A stretch of DNA of 64,000 nt, taken from Flaccisagitta enflata (lineage: Eukaryota). The notes under the pieces were generated by a model. The model saw only the letters and a program-made list of their open reading frames with translations, was not told the DNA's origin and did not search any database. How positions within the stretch are numbered: position 1 is the stretch's first letter; every line of letters begins with the position of its first letter. The stretch is taken from contig OZ231126.1 of NCBI GenBank assembly GCA_965153355.1, positions 8,680,001 through 8,744,000 on the forward strand. Reading direction: 5' to 3'. Of this stretch, positions 1 through 10,753 are shown piece by piece. The translations under genes and the position numbers were made by a program.

Positions 1-119
1 TCTATTTCTTTAACTCATTTAAAGTCATCAAAGAGTATACTGAGTCATTTTAAGTCATTCTAAGTCTTTCTAAGTCAATCTGTAAATCTCGCACGCGACT
101 TATAGGTGTTGGCCTTGTT
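1..119 (+). mobile_element. 3' end of Helentron-like non-autonomous element (HINE family B), truncated by window edge
   Basis: AAGTCATT repeats followed by the tail TCTCGCACGCGACTTATAGGTGTTGGCCTTGTT. The same tail occurs at 8520, 35444(-), 48528, 59648 and 62990(-). Confidence 0.7.
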
Positions 120-608
120 CTCCTCCAATTAACTTGGATTTTTTTCTAAATATGGGAAAGTAAATTTTACCCTTCATGGTGACCTATCATCCCATGATAT
201 ATCTTCTTTGAAGATGAATTCCCTTTCCTCCAATCACTAAGATTTCCCTTTAACAAACATTTAGTATAAATTGTCCAAAGTCCCACCCTTTTTGTTTAAT
301 TGAGAGGAAGGGTAGCCACTAGGACGTCGACTCTAAGACTTTAAGAGACATCGAAGGGTATAGAATAATTGGAATATACTATCTAGAACATACAACAATT
401 GATTATCCCAGTCAATGCCAGAAGTCAAAGCGCCAATTTTTATCCTCTAACCCAATAGCATATAAAAAGATTTTTTTTTTTTAATTGTAAGACAAAAGTC
501 TTGTTTTCTGCATAAAAATTACTTATCCAAAGGTTTTAATATTCATTAACCACTAAAATTAGGTCGTACCTAAAATTGGATAGGTGAGTATATGAGTGGA
601 AGCATATA

Positions 609-1175
609 CTATCTGGAACAAAAGTATGTCGGCAAGATAAGATTCAGGTTGCCTATCCATTAAATCATTAAGAAAACATCAATGCAACACATGTGATACT
701 TTCTTTGAGTCTTGTGGACATCAAAACATTTCATCAATTGCATTGATATGCTTTTTAGATGTATTTTGATAAGTAGAACAGCACGATCTCCTCTCATAGT
801 GTGTGGTCCCTTCTCTGTAGCTGTCTCCATAACACTATCTAACATGACACCGGGTTAAGAGGGCGTAAGGATGTGACATGACTACCCTTTGGCATCACAT
901 AAGCAGTAAAAATTATCTAAAATAGCTGAAAAATATTGTTTAGTCAAGTGTGGTGACTGACAGGAAATAAAAAGCAATTTTTCTGCCATTTTGCTTTTGG
1001 AGTAGCAATCTTGTTTTACTTGTAATTTCTAAACAAATTGAGATAGAAGAACGCGGTTGGTGGCATTAGCTCAGAAATTTGATGTAGTTATTAATCTCAC
1101 TGATTTGCTATAGAATTTCTTGCTTCACAGAGACATGGTCCATACGCATTGCCGACAAACATATGTTCTAGATAG
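609..1175. mobile_element. TA-flanked MITE with CTATCT termini (Tc1/mariner-like)
   Basis: Left TA|CTATCTGGAACAAAAGTATGTCGGCAA and right TTGCCGACAAACATATGTTCTAGATAG|TA form a ~27-bp imperfect TIR, with TA on both sides. Confidence 0.7.
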
Positions 1176-1289
1176 TAATTACATATGAAATATGCACTTT
1201 AATGCATTAATATTTTAGATTTTCAGTGATTTTGAAAAACATTTTTCTTCAAAAATTTTTTGTAAGATACTTTTGTTGCATTATCATCA

Positions 1290-1497
1290 TCTTTGTTGTT
1301 GTTGTTGTTGTTGTTGTTGGTTGTTGCTGCTGGTTGTTGTTGTTACGTTGTTGCTGGTTGCTGCTGTTGTTGCTGTTGCTGTTGTTGTTGTTGTTGGTTA
1401 GTTGCTTGTCGCCGCCGTCGTCGTCGTCGCCGTCGTCGTCGTCGTTGTTGCTGCGGTTGCTGTTGCTGTTGTTGTTGTTGTTGCTGTTGTTGTTGTT

Positions 1498-1534
<37 letters not shown>

Positions 1535-1555
1535 TTGTTGTTGTTGTTGTTGTCA
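1290..1555. repeat. (GTT)n/(GTC)n compound microsatellite
   Basis: Directly visible. Confidence 0.95.
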
Positions 1556-1634
1556 TCTCAGATTTTTCGTCCCACTTTGTCCTCCATTTGTATTCCTTTG
1601 GCGTATTTCGTTCTTCAGGCGTTGAAGTTGGCGT

Positions 1635-2245
1635 GAGGGTCGAGAGTGAGAGAGAGTCAGAGTCAAAGTGAGTAGAGAGTGAGTGTGAGGTGAGACAGCA
1701 AAGAGTCAGAGAGAGTCACAGTCAGAGTGAGTAGAGAGTGAGTGTGTGGTGAGACAGCAAAGAGTCAGAGAGAGTCAGAGTCAAAGTGAGTAGAGAGTGA
1801 GTGTGTGGTGAGACAGCAAAGAGTCAGAGAGAGTCAGAGTCAAAGTGAGTAGAGAGTGAGTGTGTGGTGAGACAGCAAAGAGTCAGAGAGAGTCAGAGTC
1901 AAAGTGAGTAGAGAGTGAGGGTGAGGTGAGACAGCAAAGAGTCAGAGAGAGTCAGAGTCAAAGTGAGTAGAGAGTGAGTGTGTGGTTAGACCGCGAAGAG
2001 TCAAACTGAGTCAAAAAGAGTCAAAGTGAGTTGAATTTAGTGGAAAGTGAGTGTGTGGTTAGACAGCAAAGAGTCAAAGTGAGTCAAAAAGAGTCAAAGT
2101 GAGTTAAAGTGAGTAGAGAGTGAGCGGATGGTGAGACAGCAAAGAGTCAGAATGAGTCAAAGAGAGTCAAAATGAGTCAAAGTGAATGAAATTGAGCCAA
2201 AGTGAGTCAAAGTAAGTGAGCTAAAGTGAGTCAAGTGTTGAGTTG
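1635..2245. repeat. 59-bp minisatellite (GTGAGTAGAGAGTGAGTGTGTGGTGAGACAGCAAAGAGTCAGAGAGAGTCAGAGTCAAA), decaying at the 3' end
   Basis: About 6 near-identical units, then degenerate GAGTCAAA subunits. Confidence 0.9.
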
Positions 2246-2434
2246 TTTCAATCGACATCTTTCTGAATTTCATAGGCTGACTTTGTGCCTTTTTTTCTGC
2301 TCTGACTTTCTTTTTCTGCTGTTTTTGAGTGGAAGCAGGTACCCATTGAGTCTCTGTCCGTACTATACTATCTGCTTTGTTGTCCTGAAACAGTGACTGA
2401 CACACCTCGTATTCTGTAACCAAAAAACATGAGA

Positions 2435-2727
2435 TTAAACCCCAAGCCAAACCTGAGCTAACCTCAAGTCAACCCCATGCCTAACCCAAGCCAACCTCGA
2501 GCAAACCCCAGCTTGGGGTTGCTTGGGGTTGGCTCAGGGTTGGCTCAGAATTGTCTCTAGTAAATGATTGAAGGATTTCTGTCAACCCCGAGCAAACCCC
2601 GAGCAAACCCCGAGCAAACCCCGTGCAACCCCGCGCAAACCGTGAGCAACCCTGAGAAAACCCCAAGCTTGGGTTGCTCGGGGTTTACTCGGGGTTGGCT
2701 CAGAATTGTCTCTAGTAAATGATTGAA
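2435..2727. repeat. 11-bp (AAACCCCGAGC) repeat blocks arranged as fold-backs, duplicated
   Basis: Runs of AACCCC..AGC followed by their reverse complement. The tail GGGTTGGCTCAGAATTGTCTCTAGTAAATGATTGAA occurs twice (~2537 and ~2692). Confidence 0.7.
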
Positions 2728-3420
2728 TAGCGCTCCTGAAATGCGCAGAAAATGGCTTTGGTATCCCCACCCGGCGCTTTTTCCTTGCCAATATAACTGA
2801 AAAATAGTAAACAGGCCTCAGAAAGTCACGGGCATCGGAATTGGAGCATCGGTAGTAGAAGAAAAATGACGAAAAAACAGAAAAAATAGGGGTCAGACAC
2901 CCCTAACTTTGTTAGCTTATATCTTTTAAACGAATTAAGCTGATGACCCCAATTTGGGCTCACTTTAAAGAGTAGGCGCAGCTCTTTAAAATGAGCCCAA
3001 GTTGAGGTCATTAGCTCAATCCGTTTAGAAGCAGCATTGCTCCAAAGTTGATGTTTGTTTGAGCAAAACATGGATTTCATTTATGCAACTTTGAAAGCTT
3101 ATAACTTCCAAACAAATTGAGTTAATGACCTCAATTTGGGCTCATTTTAAAGAGCTGCATCTACTCTTAAAAATGAGCTCAACTTGAGGTCATTAGCTCA
3201 TTTCATGTAGAAGTAGCATTGCTCCAAAGTTGATGTTAGTTTGAGCAAAACATGGATTTCATTCATGCAACTTTGAAAGCTTATATCTTCCAAACAAATT
3301 AAGCTAATGACCTCAACTTGGGCTCATTTTAAAGAGCTGCATCTACTTTTCAAAATGAGCACAAGTTGAGGTCATGAGCTCAATTTGTTTCGAAGTAGCA
3401 TTGCTCCTAAATTGATGTCA

Positions 3421-3945
3421 TTTTATATAGTATGTATTCACACATCAGTAATGTGTAGAGCAGATCAAAAGAACAAATGATTAAATAGGTAAGGACAGAC
3501 GAACCTCAATGACAATTTACAAAAGAGCGAGGGTGTGGACAAGTGGGGTGTCATAAGAGACCATACATTTAGTCATAAACTTCTCGGTACGTTTTTCAGT
3601 CAACTCCTCCCAAGTTGGCCTAATCAATGCGTGTTGAAGAGCTGTGACACTCTCAATGTAGGAATAATGAAAGAGATTTCAAAAAATCGAATTGTAGGCG
3701 ACGCGAAGTTGCCGACGATCATCTCGATTGGCGACGAAGATTATCTCGATACCGTAGGTCAGAATTGGTAGACAATGAGCCTCCAGTAATCGTAACATGA
3801 CCATTTCATCTGGTTGTCCCTCGATGCGGATGATGGAGTTGAGAGCGCGATAGAATGAACAGAGTTTGTCTCTAACGCAGCATGAGAATTTGTCACCACT
3901 TTTCACCACCACCCCCAAAGAATTCCATGAGTCGACCCAGTTGCA
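3421..3945 (-). pseudogene. 3' fragment of a LINE (CR1/L2-group-like) reverse transcriptase ORF plus 3' UTR
   Basis: Minus-strand translation ...WVDSWNSLGVVVKSG...SFYRALNSIIRIEG...LRLLEAHCLPILTYGIE...LRVAYNSIF, frameshifting into ...ESVTALQHALIRPTWEEL. This resembles the post-RT (YLG...PIL.YG.E) region of LINE ORF2. Confidence 0.7.
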
Positions 3946-4484
3946 CGCATCTGTGCAACCTGCTTTGTCTGTCTGTCAAACTTTTTTTTTCTGCGTATAC
4001 AGGTGGTTATCACTGCCCCTGCTCACCGGTACGCGACTATGGTGGCCATGTATCTGGCCTGGATAATATCCACCCATTAGAGAAATCCCTCATGCCTCGG
4101 CGACTAGGAGCAGCATCACAAAAACAAGCCACTGAAACTATCCACCTAAGAAGAAAATGAGACAAGGTTTCTGAAGTTTGTTTTTCAATTTCACTTTAAT
4201 CTTTTTTTTGAATTTTATCAAAATAATTCTCCAACTAAATATTTTTAAAAATCTAATATAATTCTAAAACAAATTTTTGAAATTCTTATATATTTCTAAA
4301 ACAAATTATTACAAAATTCTTGAATAATTTAAAACCGAATATCACGAAATTCTAAAATAATTCTTTGAAAAAGACATTGTCAAATTTCAAAATCTAAATA
4401 CGCAAGAAATTCACAAGATAAAAGGCAACCAAGGCCAAAAAAACGAAGAAACCGAGGCCAAAAATACAAAAAATAATTATTCAT

Positions 4485-4890
4485 CATATGCCTTCACTAA
4501 TGCCACTTTTGTGCTCCGGCTTGGTAAGCGCTCAATTGCCCGCCCAACAACACTTGATATAGCCTAAAGATCATCCACGTTTTTTGCGCTAAAATTCGAG
4601 TAATCGCTTGTCCGCTTAATCATCCTCTCAGTGCTATCGTTTGAAATTGGCAGATTGTGAGCAAACTTATGAAAGCACTGACAGGCTGTATTGTTTGACC
4701 AAGTAGAAACTGGCTCGCTCAGCCACTCGGTTTCGATTTGAAGGGCAACTAAAAAGTGCCACGACTGTGGTCCCAATCTTGAAACCAAAGTGGTTGATTC
4801 AGTTAATGCATCCATCGTCACCGGTCCCATGCATAATCCATCTTTGGGAATAGCTTGGATTGCCTTTGAATTACAAAAATTGGCTAGCAA
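4485..4890 (-). pseudogene. C-terminal remnant of a DDE transposase (hAT-like catalytic Glu region)
   Basis: ...SWHFLVALQIETEWLSEPVSTW...HNLPISNDSTERMIKRTSDY...DDL*AISSVVGRAIERLP matches the F..L.I...WL...W...L.V.ND.AER.IK...LQ...VV..R pattern that I recognise from invertebrate hAT-like transposases. One stop, possibly from CAG. Lies inside the long-TIR element. Confidence 0.55.
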
Positions 4891-4912
4891 AGCTAAGACT
4901 GTGTGTATATGT

Positions 4913-5237
4913 TAGGGCGGCTACCTGGAGGGTCAAATGTGGTCTAATTTCAGAAAGCCTTAGCCAACTAACCATACACTCTGTCTTATTTAAAAAGGAA
5001 TTGAGACAAGCGGAGATCGGTATCTGGAAAGAAAACCCGCACGGCAACACTACAGAGTTTCAATGGGCATAAGATTGCTTTCATATACTTTACCATTGTG
5101 TTGCCGTGCAGGTTTCTTGATCAAATGCCGACCTCTGCTTGTCTGATTTACTGCCCAAATGCCACTTAGCATGCATGGCTAGATGGCGGAGGAATTTTAA
5201 AATTTGAGCCAAATTCACCCTTCAGGTAACCAGCCTA
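4913..5237. mobile_element. hAT-type palindromic MITE with 8-bp TSD
   Basis: TIRs TAGGGCGGCTACCTGGAGGGT / ACCCTTCAGGTAACCAGCCTA. Perfect TSD GTATATGT at 4905-4912 and 5238-5245. Interior is also palindromic. Confidence 0.85.
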
Positions 5238-6719
5238 GTATATGTGTGTGTGTGGTTGTGTGTGCGTGCGTGCGTGCGTGTGTGTATGTGCATACGTGTG
5301 TTGAGTGCTCACTCGCATCCACGTTTCAGAGGCAAATACTGGGTGACTGAGTTGCATGGGTGAAATCCAGGCTTAATGAAAACTTACATCCACTTAAAGA
5401 GATAGCTGCTTCAATGCGAATTGAGCTAACAACCTCAACTTAAGCTTTTTTTCAAGAGCTGCGTCTTTTCTTCAAAATGAGCCCAAGTTGAGGTCATTAG
5501 CTCAATTAGTTTAGAAGAGATTAGCTTGCAAAGTTGCATGAGTGAAATCAATTTTTTGCTCAAACTTACATCATTTTTGGAACAATGCTGCGTCTAAACG
5601 TATTGAGCTAATGACCTCAACTTGGGCTCATTTTAAATAGCTGTGTCTGTTCTTTAAAATGAGCCCAAGTTGAGGTCATTAACTCAATTCGTTTAGAAAA
5701 TATGAGCGTGCAAAGTTGCATAAGTGAAATCAATCATTTGCTCAAACTTACATCAACTTTGGAACAATGCTGCGTCTAAACGGATTGAGCTACTGACCTC
5801 AATTTGGGCTCAATATGAAGAGCTGCGTCTGCCCTTTAAAATGAGCTCAAGTTGAGGTCATTTGCTCAATTCATACAGAAAATATGAGCTAACAAAGTTA
5901 GGGGTGTCTGACCCCTATTTTTTCTGTTTTTTCTTCATTTTTCTTCAACTACCGATGCTCCAATTCCGATGCCCTTGAGTTTCTGAGGGCTTTTTACTCT
6001 TTTTTGGTCATATTGGAAAGGAAAAAGCGCCGGGTGGGGATACTAAAGCCATTTTCTGCGCATTCCATGCCTTTGCAACCTGAAGTTATTGCAAACATGT
6101 TTTGGCGCTTCTCTCTTCTCTTTAACGCCTAACCGCATTTCTTCCCTTTCCTTCATCTTTATTTCCTTTTTCTTTTTCCCCTTTACTTCTTTGTTTCTTT
6201 TTTGTTTCTTTCTCTTTTTCTTTTTTTTTTGTCGCTCATTTTTTTTTATCTACGCGCTCCTCCGCTGTTCTTTTTCTCAGCACTATACTGAGTGCAATAG
6301 ATTATAGGTGGCGGGTATCTGTCTACTATCAAGGGAAGCCTTGAGCATTGAGGAAACTGACAAGAGACAAGAGAATACTGGCAAAGAAGGGCGGGCAATG
6401 GATAATAGATAACAGCGCTCAGGAAACTGGTAATGGGTAATGAGAGCGAGGTCCGATACACGGCCACCTCAGTTGGGTCCGGGTGGACAGGGGCATGGAT
6501 TGAGGTCATGGTGAATTTGGCGTTTTATAAAGTGACTGTTACGCTGCATAGTGCGTATGCCGTACAAACGAGCCTTCATTTCTATCGACGGCATCTTTTT
6601 TTCCTTCATCTTCTTTTTTCTACCTTTATCGTTTTTGCAAGTCGTTATTCAGTAGTTGATGTTCTATTGTTATTGTTCCTTCGCCGCAACGTTTTAATCG
6701 GATGTTTCCATTTCCCCGT

Positions 6720-7185
6720 GGCGTTGGCGGTGGTGGTGGCGGTGGTGGTGGCGGTGGCGGTGGCGGTGGCGGTGGCGGTGGCGGTGGCGATGGCGATGGC
6801 GGTGGCGGTGGCGGTGGCGATGGCGATGGCGATGCCGATGGCGATGGCGGTGGCGGTGGCATTGGTGGTGGCGATGGCGGTGGCGGTGATCGGTCGTCAG
6901 GATGTGTGGTTGGGTGGCTCATTCGCCTTGGTGGAGATTCTGGTTCACTCTACCTGTGTTGAGGGTTGTTAGGTGGTTTTGGTGGTGTGGTTGGGTGTTT
7001 CATTCGCCTGGGTGATGATTCCGGTCGACTGTGTGGTGGTGGCGATAGTTTTTGCGATGGTCGGGGCGATGGTGATGGCGGTGGTAGTATTAGTTGCGGC
7101 CGCAGTATCAGCCCTCAAAAATGCTTAGGTGGCGGTGATGGCAGAGGTAGTGGCAGCAGTGGTGGCGGTGGCGGCGGTGGTGACA
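6720..7185. repeat. (GGTGGC/GATGGC)n low-complexity tract with a ~50-bp internal duplication
   Basis: Directly visible. The Pro-rich minus-strand frame contains stops. Confidence 0.85.
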
Positions 7186-7471
7186 GAGGCAGGCCTCTTG
7201 ATTATTCTTTGCTGCAGACAAGCAAAAATTTTCCCCTAAATGATGCCAAAAAATTGCCGATTTAGCTTGAGGGTGGGGGTCAGTGGACATAGGAAGGGGT
7301 TCACTTCTCATCACAGATACCGATGATTAGTCAACTTGGGCCTAGCCACTGCCACTGTCCTGCCAAGTAAAAGATGGCTCACTAATCCGCAGTGATGTCC
7401 TATGAATAAATGAAATTTCCACTTTAAGTGTTTTTTTTTCACTAGTATCATCAATATCCACTCATTAGAAA

Positions 7472-7602
7472 AACAAGGCCAAGTAGGCCAATAAGGTGCG
7501 ACGTGTGGATCGGCGAACGAATGCGTTACCAACCAACCGACCAACCGACCGACCAACCAACGGACACTGCCAGTTATAGAGGTGCTTTGTCGCACCTAAA
7601 AA
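7472..7602 (-). mobile_element. Short Helentron-like element (HINE family D-related)
   Basis: AACAAGGCC tail, (ACCG/ACCA) microsatellite core, palindromic head GGTGCTTTGTCGCACCTAAAAA. Partial copy at ~9845-9879. Confidence 0.6.
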
Positions 7603-8083
7603 CAACGGATAACGAGAAGCGCCTTGATTTCGCTGATACAAGCTTCTTGACTGCTACTTTCAACTTCGCAGCGATTGAATTTTTATTTTTTTCATAACTA
7701 CAAAGAGAAAACCATCATCCGGCGCGCAGGTCCCACGAATAAGAAGTTCTGCGATCGGAAACGTTGAAATATTATAGGTATGAAAATGAAATACTGATTT
7801 AGATTCCGTGCCCGAAGATCAGTCTAAACAAAAGACACCTGCCCAGTCATGATGACGCAATTTAAATGTGTTTTTGAGGGGTTAGGGGGTTGATAAGGAC
7901 TCTCTCCGTTTAGTACGTTGATGTCACTCTCCGTTTGGTATCATTGACCAAAGATATAACTGAAGGGAGGGCAGTTTGACAATAAAAAACAGTAGGTAAA
8001 AAAGTACTAAGTAGTGACAGCGACAGACAGAAAAAGACAAGAAGACAGACTCCTAGAAACGATATGCAGACAACTACAGATAT

Positions 8084-8284
8084 AAGCAGGGCCGAGTACA
8101 TGGCTACCCCAGTCGCGTGCGGGTGGGTAGGGGCCGTATTTGAGGTCACTTGTTCATTTGGGTAGGAGCAGTGAGGCCAAAGAACACACACACACAAAAA
8201 AAGTAAAGTGTGATGGACGGAACAATGGACGGACTGACAGACTGATAAAGCGGGATGCAGAGTCGCGTAGGGCGCGACTAAAAA
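8084..8284 (-). mobile_element. Helentron-like non-autonomous element (HINE family A). Other copies: 11576-11774(-), 12457-12650(+), 22951-23153(-), 23761-23973(-), 34958-35156(-), 40993-41131(-), 57271-57482(+), 62672-62830(+, truncated)
   Basis: Consensus TTTTTAGTCGCGTGCACGCGACTCTAC...(GTCC/GTCG)n...GCCCCTGCCCACCCGCACGCGACT..GTAGCCGTGTATCCGGCCTTGTT. It has a 5' palindrome, a GTCY microsatellite, a subterminal repeat of GCACGCGACT, a 3' hairpin, T-rich insertion sites and no TSD. This is DINE-1/HINE architecture. Confidence 0.75.
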
Positions 8285-8332
8285 TAAGACCTGAAGTAAC
8301 AGATAGACATGAAATACAAATCAATAATTACA

Positions 8333-8520
8333 TTTTTAGTTGCGGACACGCAACTCTACACCCTGCTTTATCTGTCCAGCTGTCGGTCGGTCCGTCCGTC
8401 CGTCACACTTTTACTTTTCTATCCATTTTATTTTTTTAAGTCATTTTAGGCCATTCTAAGTCATTCTGAGTCATTCTAAATGTAAATCTCGCACATGACT
8501 TATAGGTGTTGGCCTTGTTT
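8333..8520 (+). mobile_element. HINE copy with family-C head (AGTTGCGGACACGCAACT) and family-B tail
   Basis: Head matches the 42380 and 44465 copies. Tail matches the 1-119 and 48334-48528 copies. Confidence 0.65.
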
Positions 8521-9189
8521 TAAAAGTAGAGAATGAAACTACACATAACCTTCCCTGTCAGATTGAATCGCGCGAGCTTATCTCTCATCTTCGTACCCAA
8601 CAGAAACCCTGCCCCTTACGCTGAAAGTCTTATTCACGATGAAGAAAACCCTGCCAATGATTCTTATTGGGACGCTAACAACATCTCTTGCATTGCTTAC
8701 AACTTGATCTCAGCAACAACCGCAACGTCGACGAATGCGATGGCAGGAACAGCAACAAAAGTGGTACGATCTTTGCAACACATCAGATAGAACTCCAGAT
8801 CAACCAACATTACAACAACAAGAACAAGCGTGCCAAGTAATTCAAGAGCCTGCAATTACTCTTAAATTGCTCACAGTGTGTGTCCGAAAACCCAACTCAC
8901 TCAAGTCATAAAGTAATAGGGACTGACTGATGGACAAATCCGCCAAAGCCCATGCCCGCAGTAATCTAAGAAAAGTAATACCTTGTTCTGTTTATGGATA
9001 GGGGTCACGATCTCAAGGCTTCTGTGGAAGACCCATGTTGTAAAGAACTACATTTAAAATTTGGTTAAGGCCACGATGCGCATAACGACAGTGCAAAAAG
9101 AATAAATTGGTAAATGGTAAGGTTCGAGAACAGCATGACAGATAAAGAAAACTCGGAGACATTTACAAACAGACAAGAAGAAAAAAAAA

Positions 9190-9595
9190 AACACACAGAA
9201 CGAACACACACAGAATGAATACACACAGAATGAACACAAACAGAATGAACACACACAGAATGAACACACACAGTATGAACACACACAGAACAAACAAACA
9301 AACAAACAAACACACACAGAACAAACACGCACACAGAATGAACACACACACAGAACGAACACACACACAGAACGAACACACACACAGAACGAACACACAC
9401 ACAGAACAAACACACACACAGAATGAACACACACAGAACGAACACACACACAGAACAAACACACACACAGAACAAACACACACAGAACAAACACACACAC
9501 ACAAAACAAACACACACACACAGAACGAACAGACACACAGAACAAACACACACACAGAACAAACACACACACAGAACGGACACACACACAGAACG

Positions 9596-9687
<92 letters not shown>
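9190..9687. repeat. (ACAGAACGAACACAC)-type minisatellite grading into (CA)n
   Basis: Directly visible. Confidence 0.95.
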
Positions 9688-9692
<5 letters not shown>

Positions 9693-10753
9693 TGCAGTTG
9701 CTTCGTGGTGATTTTTCCTCCACCAGGGGACGCCTGTTTTAATGCCACTGCTGTAAAAAAAACATTGGGCTTGTCGTAAAATATGCTGGCCTATTCAAGG
9801 TAACGCGTGGCCCTTGATGGTTACACGTACAGGTTTTAATTGAATGCCAGTTATAGAGGAGCTTTGTCGCACCTAAAAAGGAAGTGATTAAGGACAGCTT
9901 TGAGGGTTTCTCTATTTTTAGTTGGGGACAAGCAACTCTTTGTCCGTCCGTCCGTCGGTCTTTTTCCGTCTTTGTCCGTCCGTTCAATTCAGTGAGGATT
10001 GAGTTGAAAAGTGTGCTAAGCGTAAGTGTGCCAGATTGGAGCTTATCAAAAAGAGGGAGAGAAACGAAGACTGAACAGACGGAATATTGTAGTTACACTG
10101 TATTTCTCGCGTCATCGTTACATTTGAGTGCTTCACATAGGCAATATGAAGGAGCAAAAATCATAAAGATGACCATTTTTTTTTTTCAAAATTCTTTTAT
10201 CTTCCATTTTTGTTTTAGCCGTAGAGTTCCCACAGAATGCCAGAAATCAGCAAAATCCTGTATACTTTTATTAAAGAAGGACAATTATTTTATTTTAAAA
10301 ATTATGGTATTTGTGAGAATAGACTAAAATATCAGAACATAAACTGTGAAAGAGCTTACTTAAAAAGCAGATTAGAAATTCTATAAAGAGAAGAGATTAA
10401 TAAAAGTTATTTCAATGATCAAAATGAAATGGCTAAAAAACAGAAAATAAATGATTTTTGATAAAAGAAAAATGGTAAAGATCCTAAAATCAACCACTCC
10501 ATATCATACAAAGAGAGTGAGAAGAAATAACCAACTTATGTTTATGAAGCACCCAATCGTTACATTGTTTACTGTCAATTTGTTAAAATTTGCAATAAAA
10601 GTCTTGTCATTGAAATGTTTATATCTCCATGTTTTTGCCTAATAGTGAAATATCAATGGACTGATAGATTGTCAGGTATAGGGATTTGCCAAAGCAGCAT
10701 GTATTTGTCGCTTTTATCGTGGTTGCTTTTGGTGAGATGATCGGTTTTGCTTA

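Larger units (their letters stand above)
2737..6068. mobile_element. Long-TIR (fold-back) DNA transposon relic with ~680-bp arms built from ~182-bp subterminal repeats, with nested cargo
   Basis: 2737-3418 is the reverse complement of ~5340-6068 (for example AATGCGCAGAAAATGGCTTTGGTATCCCCACCCGGCGCTTTTTCC vs GGAAAAAGCGCCGGGTGGGGATACTAAAGCCATTTTCTGCGCATT). Exact termini and TSD not resolved. Confidence 0.8.

Noticed and set aside
6433-7265. Gly-rich or Pro-rich (extensin-like) protein
   Set aside because: Built from GGTGGC repeats. The Pro-rich frame has in-frame TGA and TAG, and no supportable splice structure.
8533-8790. Short non-repetitive ORFs or possible exons (also ~12010-12130, 30379-30640, ~43400-43525)
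   Set aside because: No recognisable motifs, and splice signals are too weak or inconsistent to call without RNA-seq or homology search.
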